Counted from the first letter of the stretch, positions 47,900 to 60,779 are shown. The stretch is 64,000 nucleotides of DNA from the human T2T-CHM13v2.0 reference genome, Homo sapiens (GCF_009914755.1 NC_060930.1); one strand, 5' to 3'. Notes: a model not told the origin generated them from the sequence alone. Made by a program: numbers and translations.

Positions 47900-48230
47900 A
47901 GAAAAACCCTGACAAAAGACAACTAATGAGGGGCTATGCAGAGAATTAGCTACAAATGGTCCTGATGCATACAAGTAGATTCTCAACTTGACTAAAAAAA
48001 AAGAAATATGAATTAAAACTACTCTGAGAGATATTTCACCTTTCAGTTTGGCATTTCAAAAGCCTAACTATACGCTTTGCTGGTGATGCTGTAGAAGAAT
48101 AGGCACTCTGATACAGAGGATTACAAATTGGTGCAAACTTATGGAGGAGAAATTGGCAGGAGTATCTAACCAAATTAGATATTCATTTGCCTTTGACCCA
48201 GAAATCCCACATCTAGAAATTCACACTGGA
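47900..48230 (+). mobile_element. L1ME-type 3' ORF2 fragment
   Basis: tacaaatgg...tctcaact..., gaaatatgaattaaaacta.tctgaga, tttgacccagaaatcccac.tctag. Confidence 0.65.
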
Positions 48231-50072
48231 AATTGTCAGAGAAAGCAACTTGGAAAATGGTACCACCCACGAGTTGATATCACCCGCAATTGAAATGCAC
48301 TGAACTAAGCTAAGCTATCAAACATCATTGCCCCAAAATGCAGAAGAGGGGCCCTAGAAACAGCATGTAGGTCCTAGCAACCCAGGGCCTCCTGTCCACA
48401 TCAAGGAGGGGAGCCAAAGGAGATCAACTATGGCCATGACCTTTTAACACAGTGACCCATTTCGCTCCATCCATCACCACGGCAATTAAAGATGGCCAGA
48501 ATCATGTTCTAAAGTTTAAATGTTCAGATTAGATTTCCCCCTCTGGAAAAAGGAAGAGAGAGGTGGAAAAAGAGACTGGCAAAATAGCAAATGCTTTTTT
48601 CCCTGTTTTATGTATTATACTATATGTTTGTCCCTAATTTCACAAACATGAAGAAAACATTCTTTCTATTCTTGTAAATATCAGTCTTAGTAAATCCCCA
48701 CCAGTTCTACTTCACAAAATGTTTTCTGATTAATATATAGCTGTATACTAATTTTAATATTATACTTAATAACCTGTGCTAATATACTGTCCTTAATACA
48801 TAATTTTTATGAGGTAATTGTTTTACATTTATCCTACATAGTGCACCTTCTTTTTTGTGAAATTTCATAATGTGCTGCTCTCAATAAATACATTGATTCA
48901 CTATCAGCTTCCAGGTATCTTGGAGTGCCTAGTGAGCAATTTTTGCTTTATATTTTTGAGATGGGCATCTGAAATAAGATTTGAGATGTGTAAAGGGAAC
49001 AGAATATCAATCTAATGTAAGAATAGGACCCTAGTTGTTTGCTTTCAGAAGTCTGAGGTTAGGATTAGGAGCAGGCAGTCCAGTTCTAAGAACATCATGA
49101 AGAAAGTTACTCTTCTCTAGTGCACTAAAATCTTAGCCTCCAGGGCTGGTCACTTGACACAGAATCCAGTCCATCCATTCTGCCCATCTTTCTTCAGGCT
49201 GAAGCTTCTGAATTTTGCAGCAGGATTACTTTTGTGCCAGCTTGGATAAATTTATCTTCCTCAACTTTATTGTTCTACCACGGTCATGATTTTGATATTA
49301 ATTCTCCTGCTTTATCCTAGAAATTACTGGATCAATTGCTTGATCAAGTTCTTGTCTCACTTTAATTCTGTTGTTGAGGAAAGAAAACTGGATAAAACCC
49401 AATATAATATTTGTACCTACCGAGGGTTCAATAAAAGTTAACTAGTTTGAATCTAATACATATTAGCTAAGCTTTTTTGTGTGTGGTTTCTGCATCATCA
49501 TAGTTTCCAAGCATGTCTGTTTTGTGGCTAGAAATCTCTTGGTCCTGTTTGTAAAAACACATATCTTTATTAAGTACTGGGATGGCACTATATTTCTTTC
49601 AACTAAACCACAGCTGACTTTATGGGATGTACAAACAATCATAGAGGTGGTAGTTGCTTTACACAAACACAAGCAGAAATCCAAAATGAAATGGGAATCA
49701 CAAAGGAAGAGGTCTTTGCAGACAAACAATTCATTCATGGCAGGATTCATATTGGTTATAAGACATTAGTCTATATCAAGCAGAGTTCCTGAAAACACTT
49801 TACACTCCAGCTATCTATCACACATGCCAATACCCCAAGTTAAGGGAAGGAATAGGAGAAGTGAGAGAAGAAAACTGTTCCCGAAACATCTTTATAACGT
49901 CTCTGGTTCTTGAAGCAGGGATTATTTTTATAACAAGTTTCCTTTAATGTTAACCATGCTTTGCTTTCTAACTTATCAGGAAAGGGACAGATAGATACTT
50001 TTTCTTGTTGTTTTCTGAGATGTCAGAAAAGAGAATAAATGTATGAAAACATAACTACAGACCATAGACTAC

Positions 50073-50338
50073 TTTTCATTTTTTATTTTTTATTTTTTTA
50101 TTTTTTGAGGCAGTCTCACTCTGTCACCCAGGATGGAGTGCAGTGGTGTGATCACAGCTCATTGTAGACTTGACCTCCCAAGCTGAAGCAATCCTCTGCC
50201 TCATTTTTAAATTTTTTTATCGAGACAAGGTCCCCCTATTTTGCACAGGCTGGTCTCAAACTCCTGGGCTGAAGCAATCCTTCCACCTTGGCCTCCCAAA
50301 GTGCTGGGGTTACAGGCGTGAGGCCACCATGCCCGGCC
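50073..50338 (-). mobile_element. AluJ with internal deletion
   Basis: gatcacagctca, ctcctgggctgaagcaatcc; segment around the middle A-rich linker missing. Confidence 0.88.
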
Positions 50339-51078
50339 TGACCACTGTTTAGCATTTAATACTTATGTGGCTATATTCTCCCTCTATCAAAGGTATATAC
50401 ATGATTTTATTATTTTAAGCAGAGATATCAGAAAAATGAATGCCACCAAGCTGCCTAATCATATGGGAAAGTGCCCCACTACAAGCTTACTTATTTTTAA
50501 TTAAGAAGTACAAGAGGTTGGTTTTTTATTTTATTTTTTGTATATCTTTAAAACATTGAGTGAAACTATATCTAAGGTAGAAATTACCTAGGCAATTGTG
50601 ATCCCACATGCATTTTTCTTTAAACTCAGCAGGACTTGCATATAAAATGCATAGCTTTTAAAAGAAATCAATTATACCACAGATCAAAATAAGTCTCCCA
50701 AATATAAGGATGATAGAATATCTCAAACATAAAAAAACATGCAACATGAATGCTAAACATGTAGAAAGTTTTAAATATGTGAGGTGCTTTCTCCCAGCAG
50801 ACGACAGTGACACAGTTGTTTTAGTTATTACTTATACAAGACAAATTGTATCTACTCAATCAATACTTGATCACTAGCTACTGGCTGTTACTATCTAAAA
50901 AAAAATCCTCTATTATTGCCTCCATACAAATTCATGGAATAGTTTCAAATAAATTGTATGTGTTTTGGCAGAAACTATCTCTTATTAGTGGTTCTCAAAC
51001 TTGGCTTCATTTTAAAGTTACCCAGCTTCAACCAGACCCTGGCATTAGCACCAAGGAAGCACCAAGGGGATTCCTATG

Positions 51079-51665
51079 CAGTCATGCATCAGTGACAGAG
51101 ATGTGTTCTGAAAAATGCATCGTTAGGCAATTTTGTTCTTGTGCAAACTTCATAGAGTGTACTTACACAAACCTAGATGATATAGCCTACTACACATCTA
51201 AGCTACGAGGCATAGCCTGTTGCTACTAGGCTACAAACCTGTATAGAATGTTACTGGGCTGAATGCTGTAGATAACTACACAATGGTACTTGTGCATCTA
51301 AACATATCTAAACATAGAAAAGGTAAAGTAGAAATATGGTATAAAGTTAAAAATGGTACGTCTTTGTAGGGCACTTAACATGAATGGAGCTTGCAGGACT
51401 AGAAGTTGCTCTGGGTGAGTCATTGAGTGAGTGTGAGTGGTGAGTGAATGTGAAGGCCTAGGACATTACCGTACCCTGTAGACTTTGTAAACACTGTACA
51501 CTTCGGCTACACTAAAATTATTAAAATAAGGTAATTGTACTATGACATTATGACTATAATGTCACTAGGTGGTAGACATTTTTCAGCTCTATTATAATCT
51601 TACAGGCTCCCCATCATGCGTGTGGTCTATTACTGATGGAAACATTATTATCAGGTGCATGACTA
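51079..51665. mobile_element. Tigger3-family (Tigger3c/MER7-like) DNA transposon
   Basis: TIRs cagtcatgc...gcatgacta; catagagtgtacttacacaaacctagatg internal motif. Confidence 0.88.
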
Positions 51666-51673
51666 TATTTAGG

Positions 51674-51858
51674 CAGTGATTCAGTCTTTAAGGTGTATCA
51701 GTATCTCCTCGAGGTGATTGTTAAAACACAGACTGCTGGGCTATATCTGAGAGTTTCTGATTCAGTAGGTCTGGGGTACGGACGGACATTTACATTACTT
51801 ACAACTTCCTAACTGATGCTGATGCTGCTGATCTGGCAATCACTCTTTGCAACCTCTA
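51674..51858. mobile_element. MER5A (hAT-Charlie MITE)
   Basis: ttgttaaaacacagactgctggg...gagtttctgattcagtaggtctgggg...tgatgctgatgctgctg. Confidence 0.85.
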
Positions 51859-52955
51859 TCTATAAAACACTGCCACAACTTTAATGTAAATACAACTCCA
51901 GACCTAGCTTTACACAGAAGTTTTACCTTCCATGTAAAGCCTTCCAGGAGCAACAGAGTCAAAGTAAATTCTCTTTTAAATTGTGAGTGACACTGACTTT
52001 GCTGCTTAGTTATTGTTTTATTGTTCTTGCTACCTTTTCTTGAGCATTTGCTACATTCAAGAACTGTGCTAAATATTTTGCATAATCTTCAGAGAAAGAT
52101 TAGGATGAGTGGTATTTGCTACAATTTAAAATGGAAAATCAAAAAGTGAGAGGACTCCTTGTTTAATTTTCTGGGAAGTGCCAGTTTTTTCCCATGGTAG
52201 GATCTTTGCAATTTCATCTGTTTAGAAGGAATCAACCCCTCACCTCCAAACATGCCATCCTAAAACCCTCAGCTCAGGCACTAAGGCTTCCAGTTTCCTA
52301 CTCTCCATCACAGGTCTCCTGAGGACAAAAATGTTAGAATGTAATGCTAGGGGTGGGGTGGTGGGGGGAAGGGTGTCTATTAGACTCCAGAAAAGCCTGG
52401 CAACCGGAAGATATCTTTATCCTAAAGCTGAGCATTATTTAAAATAAAATACAAATAATTATATATTTAAAATATTACCCCATATGCCGAATGCTTTTAA
52501 AATTGTAAGCCAAAGAGTCACAGAATTTACAATCTAGTAGAGGAGATGGATATTGATCATATAATTGCATTAATTAATTCATAATTACAAAATGAGGAAA
52601 GTGCTCCAAAAGAAACAAACATCATTGTTTAAGGGAGTATAAGAATGAATGTGGGTGTAGAGTAGGAAACGGGGAGCCTGAAATGTCTGAGCTGGGTCTA
52701 AGGTTGGTATGTTTGGAGATGAGGGAGTGATTCCTTCTAGATAGATGAAATCACAATATCCTATCAATGGAAAAAAAAAATATCTAGCACTTTATAGTAA
52801 TGTAAACAAGACCACTGCGGCTATACCGCAAAAAGCTGCAGGGAAGGGGGGAGTGAGAACAGGAGTTGTGCTAAGTGAGGTGTTATTTTTGCTATCATAG
52901 TTACTATTAGATTACATGTAACAACTGCCAGTTTTTATATTGTTTATATTCATGC

Positions 52956-53149
52956 TAGGGTTACTAGGTAAGATACGGAACGCATGGTTAAATTTCAATT
53001 TCAAATAAACAACAAGTAATTTTTAGTGTATGTATGTATCATGCATTATTGGGGAATATTTATGATAACCAAAGAAAAACTATTGTTTATCTGAAATTAA
53101 AATTGAACGAGGAGTTGTATATTTTTATTTGCTAAATCTGGCAACCCTA
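52956..53149. mobile_element. MER53 palindromic MITE
   Basis: tagggtt...ggcaacccta termini; inverted arms aatttcaaataaacaa / ttgtttatctgaaatt. Confidence 0.85.
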
Positions 53150-53409
53150 CATGGGAGTCTTTCCTGAATTTTCTCCTTGTCGATTCTCAGTGCAATAATT
53201 TGAGACACTCACCAATTCAACACATTTTAGAAATGCCTCCACAACATCTATCCGCAGAACATACACACCCCCAGTTAAGAGTTATGGATATATACCATGT
53301 ATCATGTATGTTTTAAGTACCGGGATGGAGTGGTGAATAAGACAAGCAAATTTCGTGCCTTGTACACACACTCATGTGTTTTGTATGGTATTCACCAAAC
53401 ACATACAAA

Positions 53410-53670
53410 ATCTGCCATGTATCAACAGCCAGGGGGAGGTGCTGTGCATAGATTATTTCATGTAATGCCAATAGAATTACTATTATGACTTACATACATC
53501 ACTTCAAGATAATTTTTGCAGAAAATAAATAGGTCTTATTAACCTTATTATTATTTTCCTCAAAAGTTGAGGAAATTGAGGCTTAGGGAAGTTAAATAAG
53601 TTGGCTGTTGCAACATAGCTATTAAATGGCTGAGTCAAAGGCCAATGCATCTGTATGACTCAAAAGCCAG
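53410..53670 (-). mobile_element. MIR
   Basis: tgaggaaattgaggcttagggaagttaaataa...acatagcta.taaatggc.gag...tgactcaaaagcc. Confidence 0.75.
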
Positions 53671-54782
53671 CATATACTTATATGTCCTACTCAAGACCCT
53701 CTAAAAATGCAAACCCAGAATATCTCCACAATTACAGCTTAGATATGAATTTTGTCATCTTTTATAATATTATTGTTCACTTCTTTTTGCTTTGTTTTGC
53801 TGCTTTAAATGAAGAGAAAAAAAGACTTCTTTAAAATGTAATTATATCATCACTATGTATTGTTCATTTGTTATTCCAATGGTGCAAGAAACCTTGTAAA
53901 GGACTCCATTTCAATATTAGGATTTCCCACACACACACCAATTACCTATAAGGAGACAGATTTATGGTTTTCAGATCATCTGGTATCCTTTGGCTCAGAT
54001 GGAAGCATTATAACATCATAACTTTCCTCTGCCCATAAATAGACATTGTCATACATTTTTAACTCTTTAAAATGAATATATCTTCAGACTGATGCCTGTA
54101 AGATGATTTTTGCAGAAATTACCGTCTTAAAATTCTACTATAAAGCCTCAAACTACAACATTTTGTCATGGAAGTAACAGTAGAGCTCTCACATTCTCAT
54201 ATTCTTTATAATCTTATTATTAATTTGTTGTAGTACTTTCCAACTCTTGAATTGGGGCTGTCCTATCAAAAATTTATGAAACATTGGAGGTTATGATTGG
54301 TGACAGTCTATAACACAGCTAGATAAACTGTAGTGTTACCAGTGCTTTGGATTTAAATGTAGCATTAGAGCTCTCTGACTCTAACATTTAACTTGATTTA
54401 TTGTTTGTGATATAAAAATACTAGGGCTCAGATGGCTTTAAGTGACTTTGAAAATTAAGTAAAGAAAATGTAACTACTAATCTAAACTTGCTGTGAAATA
54501 TTAATTATGCATTTCAAGTTAAGGAAGCAAGCAATAATTTAATCTGTGACATGAAATAAATCCCAAACTGTACTCTTGCTGAGGCATTTTCTAAATAAAT
54601 ACTTGATTTTTAAGTCACAAAGGAACTGAAGTTGAAACCGTTAGTTACTGAATTCTGAGCTGTTTATTAAAACATTTCCCCCCAGATATATTTTTTTTTA
54701 TTTAATTCAGTTTTGAAAGGTAAGTTAAAGTAGAAAAACAGCTCTAACCTAAACAGGAATAGAGTGTCTTTAAAAAGTATGA

Positions 54783-54940
54783 CAGGTGAAACTTCTTAAT
54801 GATCCACGACAGTGTAAGATGGCAGTTGCAACTGCTGAGTCAGTGTAGAAGCAAATCTAAATGTAGGTGCAATTGTAGACTTTATTAATGACCCGCTGAG
54901 AACACGGGCAAACTGCCAGGGCCAGACACGCAGCAATACT
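54783..54940. promoter_or_regulatory. Candidate enhancer: AP-1/ARE TGCTGAGTCA overlapping the palindrome CAGTTGCAACTG
   Basis: motif cluster in non-repetitive DNA with retained CpGs; function is inferred only. Confidence 0.35.
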
Positions 54941-55645
54941 TCTCTGATAACTGAGCATTCCAAACCTCCTAGATATAAATTTCTCTATGCTTTCTAAACC
55001 AGAAATAATATCCTCAGGATTTTGTATTAGGCAAGATACACAGGCATGCTATCCATATTAAATTAATCTTTGAAATGTATTGCCCAAGGAGGAGACATGA
55101 AAGAGAACAGATTATCTTTACTGGAGGAATTAACACTTGAAAAGAAAAAGATTTAAAAAATTGCATCCAAAGCAAACACAACACATCCTTCATTTGCAGG
55201 TTTAAATAAATTTGCTTTTTCCAGCCTGGTGCACAAAGCACTACACAAACATTTTGCCATACCTGTTACAAGAGCTTCTTTTCCCCACCTTGATATCTCA
55301 AACTTATGGTAAATACATCTCTCAGAATTTGGAAGGAAAGAATACAACTTTTTTTTTTCAATGAGGAAGAGGTGAGTTGAGGGTAACATGCCCATTGGAC
55401 ATAGAAGAGACCTCAGCTTATCATTTTTTGAGAAAAGGTATCAGTAATTTTGAACTATTCAGAAGCAGAGTTCTCAGTCTGAGTCAGTTTTGGTGAAGTT
55501 GCATGTTTGAAGGAAGTATTTGGAAATTTATATCAAAGATGGGAATTTATGAAGCTAGCAGCAAATGAAAATCACTTGTAACATAATAAAGATGAGACCA
55601 AGAAAAACAAAGAGAAGATAACGAAGAATCAAAATCATTCTAAAA

Positions 55646-55820
55646 GCGTGGTTCTCTAATCAGTAGCACTGGCATTTCCTGGGAACTTGTTAGAAATGCA
55701 AATTCTGGGGCCCCACCCCTGACATACTGAACCTAGTGAATCAAACTCTGGGATGAGGCCATGAATAGTTTAACTATCTCTCCAGGTGATTTTGATGTAG
55801 CTACATTTAAAATCCACTTT
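55646..55820. mobile_element. MER5A
   Basis: ctgggaacttgttagaaatgcaaattct.gggccccaccc...ccaggtgattttgatg. Confidence 0.85.
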
Positions 55821-56377
55821 CTTTGCTAAATTTCTTTCTGATTTGATCTGAAGGGAAAACATCCAGTTTTCACTTATGCAAACAAAATGCTTATGATTCA
55901 CGTAAAGTAGTAAGCCTCAACTTTTTTAAGTCCCAAAGCAAAGGGCCTTAAGGGCAGATTAAAGATAAGTAATTATAAAAAAGGAAATGGTGCTTTGGTC
56001 CAGAAGAGTTTTTGAAAAGGACTGTAGAATAAGGTCACATAAAGCAGCATGTAAAAGCAAAATTTTGATTCTACAAATTTTAAAGTAGAAGAAAAAGGCT
56101 ACAAAACAGTACGCAATTTTTGTTAGACGCACACACATATACACAAACACACCCTTATTAATAATCAGATCAAAAAATCTATCACAATTATTTTTGGTTG
56201 ATAAGATTACAAGTAATTTTAATTTCCATGCTTTTCATTTATTTTGTTACATGCCCGTTACTTTGAACTGAAACAATATTTGTTTGGCAATATTGTCTAA
56301 TATACGCAAGTTACAACCTCTGTTGAGAAGTTGGCATGGGAAACTATTATCATCATCAAAATTCTTAAATAACTATA

Positions 56378-56553
56378 AGTGGTCCCCAGACTTGCCTGCA
56401 GATTAAATTCACCTAGGAGATTCAAAAAATTCTGAAGGCCCAACTGCAACCTCAGAGATTGTGATTTAATTGTTCTCAGCTGTTACCTGTGCTCTAGAAT
56501 TGTTTAACAATCCCCAGGTGATTCTAATCGGCAGACCCGTTTGGAAATCAGTG
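56378..56553. mobile_element. MER5B/MER5A1-like
   Basis: tcacctaggaga..., agagattgtgatttaattg..., ccccaggtgattctaat. Confidence 0.75.
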
Positions 56554-56981
56554 GTTTACACTGCTTTAAATGCATTTTGTTTTCAGTGTTGCCATCAAAA
56601 AGTAGAATTAGGGTCATCAGATTGCAATACTAGAGATGTCTAATCACATTTAGCTGGACAAAATTCTGATTCGACGTTTTTTTGATACTCCCAGACAAAT
56701 TTTTAGGATTCTGACCGTGTTTGTAATAGTCATTGCTGACAATTTCGGCAGCATCATATTAGCTATTCATCAAAAAGGGGAAACTCTTTAGCACCAAGAT
56801 AGATACAGGGCTCACAATACCTGGGATAAAGTGACATGGTCAGGTGTGCTCTGACAGGACTTAGTTCTCATAACTGAATATGGATTAACTGTATCTTGCT
56901 GCACGTTTCAAAATCCACTTCATCAAGGCCCACTTGAACCCTGTAGGTCATGTCTGTGAACGTACTTTCTGCTACCCTGCT

Positions 56982-57354
56982 TGTATTAGTCTGTTTTCAC
57001 ATTGCTCTAAAGAAATACCTAAGACCGGGTAATTTATAAACGAAAGAGGTTTATTGACTCACAGTTCCACATGGCTGGGGGAGGGCTCAGGAAACCTACA
57101 ATCACGGCTGAAGGCAAAGGAGAAGCAAGGACCTTCTTCACATGGTGGCAGGAGAAAGAAGAGTGAGAAGTGAAGCCAGAAGAGCCCCTTATAAAACCAT
57201 CAGATCTCGTGAGAACTTACTCACTATCAGGAAAACAGCATGGGGGAAACTGACCCCATGATCCAATCGCATTCCACCAGGTCTCTCCCTAGATATATAG
57301 GGATTATAGGGATTACAATTCAAGATGAGATTTGGGTGGAGACAGCTTAACTCA
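56982..57354 (-). mobile_element. THE1D-like MaLR solo LTR
   Basis: tgtattagtctgttttcac...gagccccttataaaaccatcagatctcgtgagaac...gatgagatttgggtgg. Confidence 0.9.
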
Positions 57355-58020
57355 AAATTCTAGACTTTGCTTGCTAATGCCTAAATGTTGGTCTCCAAGA
57401 CTAGAAGCTTATGAAGTAGGAAAGAGTGGGCCTTAAAGAATCATTCCTCAGTTATCACATAATAAAATTACCTCCCATAATGAGATTCCCAGTAATCTCA
57501 GAAGATTTGTTTTTGAAATTTATTCATTACTGGTTATAAAATTACAGGATAACATAAATAGGTAATGTCTATAATTATTAGATATATGATACATGTCTTT
57601 GTTTTATATATTTGTCATGCACATAACACAATTTATATTGTTTTACATATTTCATTAACTTTAATTTTAAGGTAAGTATGTACTAAAAGAACTTGTACTA
57701 TTGCTATTGCAAAAATGCATTAAAGCAGATACTGAGTCTCGTTATTTTTTTACTTTTAACATTTCTGCTTTTATCTATTCTGAGTGAAAGTTTATTGTGA
57801 CATTGCAAGATATAAATCAGAAAATTGTCAAAGTAAGATTATTTAGATTTGCTTTAGGCACCATTAGAGACAATTATAAGGACAGTGACATAAACGTTTA
57901 TGGGAAATGAATATAGATGTCACTGGGGACAGAAGCATGGGCGAAAGGGAAGAAACACTACTACTCACTGACAGATACCTATGACACTTATTTTCTATTA
58001 AACATAGATATTTTAATAAT

Positions 58021-58115
58021 TTTTTCTTGTCTTTCTTTAAAATTGTTTATTTATGTTTTTGCTTCAGGTAAGGTGAAATGGCAGTCAATAAAAGACTTGC
58101 TTTTTTCAGGTATGG
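58021..58115 (+). other. Candidate recursive splice site (polyY-CAG|GTAAGG) with 42-nt RS-exon ending CAG|GTATGG
   Basis: motif architecture seen directly; no transcript evidence. Confidence 0.3.
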
Positions 58116-58142
58116 AATAAAATAATTGCAAAGGATAGGATC

Positions 58143-58560
58143 TGTATTGATTAAGGCAATATTAGTTGCTGTAGTAAATAAACCCTGAAAATTTCAGTAG
58201 CTTAACCACCCCACCCCTGGACTTCAGCCCCACTAATATAATATAACATATTAAGAGTATTCTTGGTTGAATAGCTCTTCTAGGTAGCTCTTCTCCAACA
58301 AAGCATTTGGGAAAGTAGAGTTCCTCCACTTTGTGGAATTTGGCTCTCAAGTTTACTATGAAGCCCTCTCCATCTAGTCAGCCAGAAAATATCGTAAAGA
58401 TTACATGTGGGATATTTATATAGATGAAACCTGGAAATGAGCTACATCAGGGGCTAGAAGTTGGCTGTGAGACCACAGCTGGAAGGGAAACTGCAAAATT
58501 TAGTCTAGCTAAGCTTCCAGGCAGAAGAAGAGATGAAATTGATAATCCATTAGCACTCTT
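58143..58560 (-). mobile_element. Old MLT1 (J/K-like) LTR
   Basis: ttgctgtagtaaataaaccct.aaaatttcagtagcttaac...tagtctagct. Confidence 0.6.
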
Positions 58561-59651
58561 TTTGTAGATATCCAATCATGTTGATTTGTTTTAAAAGGCT
58601 GAATGATGTCATCACAATGGAATCCTCAAACCTGAGCATTTGAGTTAAAATTCAAGCAAACATTATTTAAAATTGTTTAAAATCATTTTTTTCCTGTTAG
58701 ATACAAGTATAGCACACAAAACTTGACATCATTGGAAAATATTATCAGAAATTTCAAAGGCTATTAATGTTTTACATGCAACTGCATGTTTATCATAAAC
58801 AAACAATAGTCACAAAACAATTTTACTCCACTGAAAAAACTCTTACAACACCTTTTCTCCCGAGCATTATCAAAATACGATGAAGAATTACCACAATATA
58901 CATTTTCCCTGATTCTATCAGGAAGCACTAGATTAATTACTTAGCAAAAAGTATTGGCCTGGCAAAACACATTTCATTATTGCTTTCATTAAATATTAGG
59001 TTTTTAAAGTGTCTGTTGGGATACGACTGCTCTGACTGCATCATTTACTGCTTAAGCACTGGCTTCTGAAACTCCACACTGGGATCACACAGAAGAATTC
59101 AATTCAAAAGATGAACTGTTTAATTCAGAAAAAGAGTCAAAAAATCAGATTATTTTCATTGTTTTGTGATTTTTTTTTGCTTTGTGAATATTTTAATGTT
59201 GATTACAAAATCTTGTTTTTGAAAATCAGTTTTTTGTTTGTTTTTTATTGCCAGAAAGAGATGTGTAGCCAAAGATTTATGAGCTGAAAGGTGCGGTTGC
59301 CCTATTTTTGGAACACCAGGGAAAAGACCGACTGCCTCAGACATTAAAAAAAAAAAAAAAAAAAATGATAAATTTCAGGGAGCTTGGCACATTTGGCAAG
59401 TATAGTTAAAATTTGAATACAATGAATCCAAAACGTTCAGGATCAAGAGCAACATCATTTTTGTTATACTGTATTTCAAGAACTTAGAGCTAAAATATAG
59501 TTATGACTAGACTGAGTTAGTACTAAAAATATCGCTGCAATTTTTGACTTAGTGATGTAGTTAAAGAAAAGATTAATGAAAATTATTTCAAGAAAATATC
59601 TTTAAAAAATCTGGTTTTTTTTCCCGCAGGATGAATTCATATGATAGATTT

Positions 59652-59952
59652 ATTTATTTATTTATTTATTTTTCATATGGAGTCTCGCTCTGTCACCCAG
59701 CCTGGAGTGCAGTGGCGTGATCTCAACTCACTGCAACATCTGCCTCCCAAGTTCAAGCAATTCTCTGCCTCAGTCTCCTGAGCAGCTGAGATTACAGGCG
59801 CCCACCACCACACCCAGCTAATTTTTGTATTTTTAGTAGAGATGGGGTTTCACCATCTTGACCAGGCTGGTCTTGAACTCCTGACCTGGTGATCCACCCG
59901 CCTTGGCCTCCCAAAATGCTGGGATTACAGGCATGAGCCACCACACCTGGCC
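59652..59952 (-). mobile_element. AluS (Sg/Sx3-like), TSD ATATGATAGATTT
   Basis: antisense Alu lacking the 2-nt insertion in gacct(ca)ggtg; TSD 59639-59651 / 59955-59967. Confidence 0.92.
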
Positions 59953-60779
59953 AGATATGATAGATTTCTGATGTGATAGCTAGACATCTCACTTAGAGAC
60001 CTGCAAGGGGAAAGTTTCTTCCTGGCATTACATCTTTGCCTCACAGTAGCCAAGAGAAATATTTGGAATTCAAGGTGATCAGGTTATGGAATATCAGAAA
60101 ATTTCCTTGGAGAAATCAGGGGTTGGGGGAGAAAATATTTCTGTTTTCCCCAAAAATCAGTTACTCTTCTTTTTTCATATACCTGTGGATTTTTTTCCCT
60201 TCTACTTCCACTATGAAAGCAAGTACACAAGTTTGGTATTCAAAGTGCTCTGTCTTTCCATCACACACAACACAACACTTGTAGAAAGAATCAATAATCA
60301 CACTGATATGAGAAAATTAGAGGTGTGGGGAGGCTGCCTCAAATCCTAGCTGCTTACTTTCTAAAACTGCCATTGTTTTAATTCATTTTCAGTTTTATTT
60401 AATTCATTTCAAAATTTCAAACATTATTGAAGAAAAGCATGGAATAATTGTATTTATCTAAATAGGTCACCACTGAACCAATAGCATTATCATTTTAAAA
60501 CAAAACCATATCCAGCCAAAAAGATTTCAAACACTTAAAGGTGTTTTTTGTTGTAGGAAGACAATGTTTCATTAGCTTTCATGTTAGCTTTTTGATAAGA
60601 TTTCACCATTTCCACCCAATGATCTAACTTAATCCTTACAAAGAAATCCTAGTTATCAAACTTGTGTTTGTTCAGACAATTGGAAAAAGAGATACCTTGA
60701 ATTATGAACATAACAATGGATTAATAATTATGGGTAGAAAAAATTAAGTCAATGTAAAGGGATATCCCATGTTGTTAAT

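Noticed and set aside
50846-51229. 127-aa ORF
   Set aside because: Non-ATG start; spans MER5/Tigger3 non-coding sequence
59280-59365. Processed pseudogene or retrocopy ending in A20
   Set aside because: No TSD or recognisable source upstream; treated as a simple poly(A) run
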